From NCBI GenBank assembly GCA_036351155.1, contig JAZBOO010000005.1:1-42289 (forward strand): DNA of 42,289 nucleotides, read 5' to 3'. The notes under the pieces are model-generated. The model was not told where the DNA came from and searched no databases. It saw nothing but the letters and a program-made list of their open reading frames with translations. Shown piece by piece: positions 36,570 to 42,289 of this stretch (within the stretch, counting starts at the first letter, position 1; the number at the start of each line of letters is the position of its first letter). The DNA is from Candidatus Krumholzibacteriia bacterium. GTDB taxonomy: Bacteria > Krumholzibacteriota > Krumholzibacteriia > LZORAL124-64-63. Position numbers and translations under genes: made by a program.

Positions 36570-39500
36570 CTACTTCACGAGGGCCATTTTTTCGACTTTG
36601 ACCTGGCCAGCCGTGCGTGCTTCGTAGAAGTACACACCGCTGCTGACCTTGGCGCCGCCGTCATCGGACCCATCCCAGATCACCGAGCCGGAATCTTCCA
36701 CCTGCTCGTCGATCAGGGTCTTGACCAGTTCGCCACGCACATTGAAGATCTTCAAGGACAGATGCCCGGCCCTGGGCATGGTGTACTCGATCTTCGTGGT
36801 GGGGTTGAAGGGGTTGGGGTAGTTCCGCACCGCAAAACGGTCCAGCTGCGGCACCGCCGAAACGTCCTGCAGATCGCCTTCCACGCCGAACAGGGCCAGG
36901 ATTTTTTCCAGGACCCGCGCGCGAGCCGACAGAGGTGCTTCGACCTTGTCACCCGGAGCGGCATCGTGGATTTCCAGGAAGTCGAAAGGCATGGTCACCA
37001 CACGGGATCCGCTTTCGATATCCTCGTAAAGCGTGACCGCGGAGTAGGTATACTGCCCGGTCTGTCCGGCCGCCGTGGTGAATTCGGCCAGACGAACGCC
37101 ACCGCTGGAAGTGTTGGCCTCCAGGGCATCGAACTGGTTGATGATGGGACACCCACCGAAGGCCACCCAGCTCATGTCGCTGGTGAACACCCCGTTGTCG
37201 GGGACGGGCTTGACCAGGGGCGTGGACTGGTTCCCCAGCAGCGGCCGGAGGTTGGTGCTCTCATGGTTGACCTTCAACCAGTTGGCCACGAACTGCGTGG
37301 TTTCGGGACCGGACTGCATGAGATCGCTCACCACGGCATCACCGGTCACCAGCAGGCCCTTGCCGCCCTGACGCAGCCAGGAGTCCAGAAGCTCCACGTC
37401 ATTGCCGGGATCCAGGCTGTAGTCACCATTGGAAATGGTGGCCACGGTGAGATCACCGCTGGAATACAGCATGTTGTCGTAGTTCATCAGACACAGGCTG
37501 GTGGCACGGCCGCCCAGACCGTTGCCCTCGCCCGAATCGGGCCGGTTGGTGTAATAGATGTCGTAGTCGATACCGTTGACGAAGCCCAGGTTACTGAGTG
37601 CGCCGTACCATTCCTCTTCCCCGCCGCGATTGGCGAAGTCGTTCCAGAACAGCATGCCCGGAGTCACCAGCTCTCCCGGATTCATGGGATCCTCGTAAAC
37701 CGAAGGCAGAGCCCGGACCACGAACGAGGAGTTGTAGGACAGGGGACCGCTGAAGTCGCCATACCCGTCCCGGTTGGCCGGCAGAGTCGAGGTCTGTTCA
37801 TCCAGTCCGTGCACCGCATCTGTGGCCGAGATGTAGTAATGGATCACATCTCCGGGATAGAAGAAGTGCTCGTCGGGCAGATCGAAGGCCCACTTGCCGT
37901 CGGTCGGCGTGCCGGACGCGCCCACGGCGGGAACACCGTCAGCCACGCCGCTGGTGGCGGCTCCGTACTCGCTGGTCCGGTAGTCGTTGAACAGCGGGTT
38001 CTGCAGCATGGTCCAGTGCAGCTGGGGACTGCCCACCAGCTCGGCGCCGTCACGTCCCGGGGCGATGTCGATCACCAGGGTGTCCCCGGGATCGTTCATC
38101 TGGTTGCCCGAAGGCGCGATGTTCCGGGCCATGTCGAAGCGCACGCTGTTGGCCCCCGGATCGCTCATCAGGAGTTCACCGATGGTGGGGAAGTTGTCCT
38201 GGGCCAGGTACAGCTCGTTGGCGCTCAAGGCCGGCCCTGTGCGGGGATAAGCGATGAAGCGCACGTTGTCGAAGTACGGGGCCGGGAAGCCGTCGTTGCC
38301 GACGTAGTTCCACTGGTAACCCAGCTCCCAGCAGATCAGCTGGATCTGGACATATCTGGCCCCGGGAACCACCAGGTCCGACAGGACGAAGTGCTCACGG
38401 AAATAGTCGGGGCCTCCCAGGAAGACGCCGTTACGGTCCACCCAGGGGGCCTGCTCGATGTCCTCCGGATCTTCCGAATTGGTCGACCTGATCAGGTAGG
38501 CGTAGAACATGCCCGGCGAGTTGTCCGAAAGGTCCTCATGGCGATAGACGTCATAGCGCAGATAAGCACCCTCGTATCCGCCCTGAGGCCAGGCCAGAAC
38601 CGGAGACTCGACGGCGCTCTTCAGGTGATAATCAGGACCGGCCAGACCACCGGTCGTATTGACGATGTAGCCACCAGGCCCGTAGCACCAGCTGTTGCAA
38701 AGGCTGGGGCCCACACCGGGCACGATCAAACCGTCATCGATGAATGCCACCTGCGGTGAGTAGTTGGTCGCGCAGGGATCCACATCCTCGAGATCGGTCC
38801 AGAGCTGGGTGAAGTCACCCACACCATCGGCCACGGTGGGTTCCCAGTCACCCCAGCCGCTTTCGAAGTCGGTGAAGTAGGTCACAGGCCCCGAGCCCTG
38901 GTTCAAGGTCACGGTGATGTCGTCGATCTGGACGCCACCGGCCGAGGGGTAGGCGCAATCCTGGTCGGAATACCCGGCATCCGAGCGGAACTGGATGCGG
39001 ATATGCACCTGATCGCCCTGGGGTCCCACATAGTCCGCGGCACTCAGAGTGAACGAACCACCCACATGGATGTTCGGGTTGATTCCATCGTAGCTGCTCA
39101 GGAGGTTGAATCCTCCGGCGGATTCGTAGAAAATATTGGTGAAGTCGAAACCGGGCTCGCTGTCGATGTTGGCAAAGGCGTCCATCGACACGTTGACCCC
39201 GATATCCGGATTATTCACGGCGGCGTAAAAATCCAGATGCTCGGTCCAGTCGTTGCCATAGCCACCGGCTGGGTCCTCTTCCGAGCACGCTTCATAGTCC
39301 AGGCGGCCACACCATGCCGCCAGGTTCCCCACCTCGGGCGTAGCGCCCAGGTTGTCGGCGAAATAATCGCTGATCTGCCAGTTGGATTCGGTGGACTGGG
39401 TCAGATCCACGTGGGTCCAGCCGTTCCAGTCGGCCAGACCGGCCGCATTCTGAAACTGGCCGTTGACCTGGGCGCCACTGCCCCAGGGACCAATGAGAAG

Positions 39501-39653
39501 GACGGTGTCACGCGAGGCCTTGCCCGCATCGGCACTGCCGCCGATCAGTTCGGGCGGGCCGCTTTTGAACATGGCAGGACGAGGATCGGCCAACACGTTG
39601 GCCGCCATTGCCATGACCAGAATGACACACAGGATTGTAGTGATTCGCTTCAT
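36570..39653 (-). CDS. Large acidic secreted protein (1027 aa) with FlgD-like C-terminal domain; function unknown
   Basis: Signal peptide MKRITT...VLA; beta-sandwich-like segments (IRIQFRSD, QIDDITV, PYFDNVRF); C-terminal NYPNPFNP...WDGSDD...SSGVYFY...KMALVK. Confidence 0.85.
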   Translation of the reverse strand: MKRITTILCVILVMAMAANVLADPRPAMFKSGPPELIGGSADAGKASRDTVLLIGPWGSGAQVNGQFQNAAGLADWNGWTHVDLTQSTESNWQISDYFADNLGATPEVGNLAAWCGRLDYEACSEEDPAGGYGNDWTEHLDFYAAVNNPDIGVNVSMDAFANIDSEPGFDFTNIFYESAGGFNLLSSYDGINPNIHVGGSFTLSAADYVGPQGDQVHIRIQFRSDAGYSDQDCAYPSAGGVQIDDITVTLNQGSGPVTYFTDFESGWGDWEPTVADGVGDFTQLWTDLEDVDPCATNYSPQVAFIDDGLIVPGVGPSLCNSWCYGPGGYIVNTTGGLAGPDYHLKSAVESPVLAWPQGGYEGAYLRYDVYRHEDLSDNSPGMFYAYLIRSTNSEDPEDIEQAPWVDRNGVFLGGPDYFREHFVLSDLVVPGARYVQIQLICWELGYQWNYVGNDGFPAPYFDNVRFIAYPRTGPALSANELYLAQDNFPTIGELLMSDPGANSVRFDMARNIAPSGNQMNDPGDTLVIDIAPGRDGAELVGSPQLHWTMLQNPLFNDYRTSEYGAATSGVADGVPAVGASGTPTDGKWAFDLPDEHFFYPGDVIHYYISATDAVHGLDEQTSTLPANRDGYGDFSGPLSYNSSFVVRALPSVYEDPMNPGELVTPGMLFWNDFANRGGEEEWYGALSNLGFVNGIDYDIYYTNRPDSGEGNGLGGRATSLCLMNYDNMLYSSGDLTVATISNGDYSLDPGNDVELLDSWLRQGGKGLLVTGDAVVSDLMQSGPETTQFVANWLKVNHESTNLRPLLGNQSTPLVKPVPDNGVFTSDMSWVAFGGCPIINQFDALEANTSSGGVRLAEFTTAAGQTGQYTYSAVTLYEDIESGSRVVTMPFDFLEIHDAAPGDKVEAPLSARARVLEKILALFGVEGDLQDVSAVPQLDRFAVRNYPNPFNPTTKIEYTMPRAGHLSLKIFNVRGELVKTLIDEQVEDSGSVIWDGSDDGGAKVSSGVYFYEARTAGQVKVEKMALVK

Positions 39654-39985
39654 GCTGATCTCCCAACTTTCAAGGTTTTCCAACCTATGCTTGGTTGTCA
39701 CGCTTGAATTCGGTTCCCGGGGAACAGAATCCATGGAGCTTCAGCATTTGGGGCGGGACCATCCGGGTTCCGGGGCCGTCGCGGTTCGTCGGTGACAGGT
39801 AGACCTGGGCGACGTTGACCACGTGTGTCAAGTGATACGGCTATTCGTGAGTGGTGAACCCAGACAGTGCCTCGGGGGATGGCACCTCATGCCTGCAGAG
39901 TCGCTTCGGAGAGTCGCGCGGCGAGTAGTGGTGTTACGATATTGATTTTAAAATGTTCGGTCAAGAACCTGAAAAAATTTTCTGG

Positions 39986-42289
39986 TCAATCAGTCACTCG
40001 CTCTTCACGCCAGGCGTAAAGCACCGGCACGGTGAACAGCGTGATCATGGCCACGGTCATGCCCCCGAAGGTGGGAATGGCCATGGGGATCATGATGTCC
40101 GATCCCCGCCCGGTCAGGGTCAACACCGGCAGCAGCGCCAGCAGGGTGGTGGCGGTGGTCATCAGCGCGGGGCGCACACGACGCGTGGCTGCGTTGATCA
40201 CAGCACTGCGTACCTCGTCCCGGGTTCGGCGCGGCTTGCCCTTGAAGTTCAGATCCAGGTAGGTGGCCATCAGCACCCCATCGTCGGTGGCAATGCCGAA
40301 GAGAGCCAGGAAGCCGACCCACACCGCCACGCTCAGATTGACCGGCTCGATGTGGAAAATCTGGCGCAGGTCCAGCCCCGCCAGATGGAAATCCAGGAAC
40401 CAGGGCTGGCCGTACAGCCAGAGCATGAGAAAGCCCCCGCTCCAGGCCACGAACACCCCGGCAAACACCATGACGCTGGTGGACACGGATTTGAACTGCA
40501 GGTACAGAACCACGAAGATCAACAGCAAAGCCACCGGCAAGACGACGCGCAGCGTTTCCTCGCTACGGACCTGGTTCTCGAAGCTGCCGGCAAACACATA
40601 GCTAACCCCGGGAGGCAACACCAGAGAGCCCTCGTCACGACGCTGGTCCAGATGGGAACTCGCCGCCTCCACCACCTCGACCTCGGCCATCTCGGTTGCC
40701 AGATCGCGCGCCCGGTCGAAGATCACATAGCCCACCAGGAAGGTGTCCTCGCTCTTGATGGTCATGGGGCCCCGGACATAGGACACCGTCACCAGATCTC
40801 CCAGCGGAACTTCCACGCCATCGCTTCCGGTCACCAGGATGTGCTTGATCGCTTCCAGATCGTCGCGGCGTTCGCGGGCGTAGCGCACCAGCACATTGCG
40901 CCGCTCCCTTCCTTCGGTCACAGTGGTGGCCACCTGGCCCCCGATGGCCGTCTGGATCACCCGTTGCACTGCTCCGATGGTCAATCCATGGCGGGCGATC
41001 GCCACCCGGTCAATGACCAGTTCCAGGTAGGGTTTGCCCACCACCCGATCGGCAATCACCGTGGCCGGGTTCAGAACCGGCAGATCCTTGAGGTGCTTTT
41101 CAATCTGAAGAGCCGCCGTCTCGATGGCCTCCAGGCTGGGCCCTTTGATCTTGACCCCCATGGGCGCCCGCATGCCGCTCTGCAACATGACCAGCCGGGC
41201 GGCAATGGGTTGCAAACGCGGGGCCGACGTGGTCCCCGGCAGCTGGGCCACCTCCACGATTTCCTGCCAGATATCCCCTTCGCTGCGGATGTGATCACGC
41301 CACAAACGCACCCGCTTGCCCTCGGCGTCGCGGCCGTACTCGGGCTTGTAATTGATGATGGTTTCGACCATGGAAATGGGTGCCGGATCCAGCGCCGAAC
41401 GCGCCCGCCCCAGCTTGCCCACCACCTGCTGCACCTCGGGAATCGATCCGATGGCCAGGTCCAGCTTGGCCAGCACATCCTGTGCTTCGCCGATGGACGC
41501 GTGGGGCATGGTCGTGGGCATGTACAGGAACGAGCCCTCGTCCAGGGGCGGCATGAACTCCTGGCCCAGGCGGGGGAAGATCACCAGGCCGCTTCCCAGC
41601 AGCAGCACCGGCAACACCAGAAACAGCGGCTTGTGATCGAGGCACCACCCCAGCAACCGGGGATACAACTGTTGAAATAGCTTGAACGTGAGAAGCACCC
41701 CGAAGACCACCAGGACCACGAACAGCAGGTTCCACAGATAGTGGCGGCCCAGCCCCAGGGGATGCCACTGCCAGGTCAGCAGACCCAACACGGCCATGAT
41801 GAGCAGGTTGTGAGGAGTCAACCAGCGCCGCCTGCGTCCGGGCTGCGACTCGGCGGCCGGGGCCTTGTCTCTTCCCATCCGGAACAGCAGGTGAGCCACC
41901 ACCGGAATGACCACCAGGGCGATGAGCACCGAGGCCAGCAAGGCGAAGGTCTTGGTGAAAGCCAGGGGGCGAAAAAGCTTTCCCTCGGCGGCGATCAGGG
42001 TGAACACCGGCAGGAAGCTCAGGACGGTGGTGGTCACGGCGGTGAGAATGGCCCCCGCAACCTCGACCGAGGCCCGGTGGATCACCCGACCCAGCTGGCG
42101 GGTGTCGAGCGCTCCCGAGGGACTTTCAGCCATGGCGGTTTCCCGGCGACGCAGGATGTTCTCCACCAGGATCACCCCCATGTCGACCATGGTGCCGATG
42201 GCAATGGCAATACCCGAAAGCGCGACTATGTTGGCTTCTACATGGAAGTAGCGCATGGCGACAAACACCAGCAGCACCGCCACCGGCAG
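39986..42289 (-). CDS. CusA/CzcA-family heavy-metal efflux RND permease, C-terminal part (5' end outside the window)
   Basis: AIAIGTMVD, EGKLFRPLAFTKT, EFMPPLDEGSFLYMPTT, GKLGRA.SALDPAP.SM.ET, GFLALFGIATDDG and RVRPALMT. Confidence 0.93.
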   Translation of the reverse strand: MPVAVLLVFVAMRYFHVEANIVALSGIAIAIGTMVDMGVILVENILRRRETAMAESPSGALDTRQLGRVIHRASVEVAGAILTAVTTTVLSFLPVFTLIAAEGKLFRPLAFTKTFALLASVLIALVVIPVVAHLLFRMGRDKAPAAESQPGRRRRWLTPHNLLIMAVLGLLTWQWHPLGLGRHYLWNLLFVVLVVFGVLLTFKLFQQLYPRLLGWCLDHKPLFLVLPVLLLGSGLVIFPRLGQEFMPPLDEGSFLYMPTTMPHASIGEAQDVLAKLDLAIGSIPEVQQVVGKLGRARSALDPAPISMVETIINYKPEYGRDAEGKRVRLWRDHIRSEGDIWQEIVEVAQLPGTTSAPRLQPIAARLVMLQSGMRAPMGVKIKGPSLEAIETAALQIEKHLKDLPVLNPATVIADRVVGKPYLELVIDRVAIARHGLTIGAVQRVIQTAIGGQVATTVTEGRERRNVLVRYARERRDDLEAIKHILVTGSDGVEVPLGDLVTVSYVRGPMTIKSEDTFLVGYVIFDRARDLATEMAEVEVVEAASSHLDQRRDEGSLVLPPGVSYVFAGSFENQVRSEETLRVVLPVALLLIFVVLYLQFKSVSTSVMVFAGVFVAWSGGFLMLWLYGQPWFLDFHLAGLDLRQIFHIEPVNLSVAVWVGFLALFGIATDDGVLMATYLDLNFKGKPRRTRDEVRSAVINAATRRVRPALMTTATTLLALLPVLTLTGRGSDIMIPMAIPTFGGMTVAMITLFTVPVLYAWREERVTD

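Noticed and set aside
5297..39734. Longest-ORF start positions in the track (5413, 7213, 7881, 13690, 14752, 17478, 17500, 18413, 22033, 27228, 28754, 36520, 39734)
   Set aside because: Downstream starts fit better with RBS position, signal peptides or family N-termini, so the feature coordinates were trimmed.
39654..39985. Known riboswitch or tRNA upstream of the large secreted protein gene
   Set aside because: I could not find the conserved cores of c-di-GMP, TPP, cobalamin or SAM riboswitches, or a cloverleaf. An Rfam scan would be needed to exclude it fully.
754..41680. Many long antisense or alternate-frame ORFs (e.g. 754-2157, 11591-13579, 19633-21252, 28730-30367, 36762-38759, 39953-41680)
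   Set aside because: They shadow well-supported genes on the opposite strand, lack recognisable motifs and are expected in high-GC DNA.
1..42289. CRISPR array, transposase, integrase or prophage
   Set aside because: No regularly spaced direct repeats and no recognisable mobile-element proteins were seen.

Overview
GC-rich bacterial chromosomal window with about 32 protein-coding genes and no rRNA, tRNA, CRISPR array or mobile element that I can support. Four secreted proteins end in a 'PNPF...WxGxD...G.Y' FlgD-like/T9SS-type C-terminal domain, which suggests an FCB-group lineage such as Krumholzibacteriota/Latescibacterota (inference). Most genes are housekeeping or peptide-scavenging: sqr, gap, elbB, xth, prolyl oligopeptidase, M1 aminopeptidase, aminotransferase and a CusA-type pump. 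The standout is a divergent multiheme locus at 25132-31069. It encodes an inner-membrane 11-heme cytochrome c/cytochrome b fusion (CbcL-like), an MtrA/DmsE-type decaheme cytochrome and an MtrB-like outer-membrane beta-barrel. The ORF track splits the barrel in two, but it reads as one 757-aa protein through an in-frame TGA (30602-30604) followed by a SECIS-like hairpin, so it is probably a selenocysteine-containing porin that also carries its own CxxCH heme motif. A second selenoprotein missed by the ORF track, a SelW/Rdx-family CxxU protein at 20980-21207, has a SECIS-like hairpin with the same spacing, which independently supports Sec recoding in this genome. A 38-aa ORF behind sqr and a 99-nt imperfect palindrome were also missed by the track.
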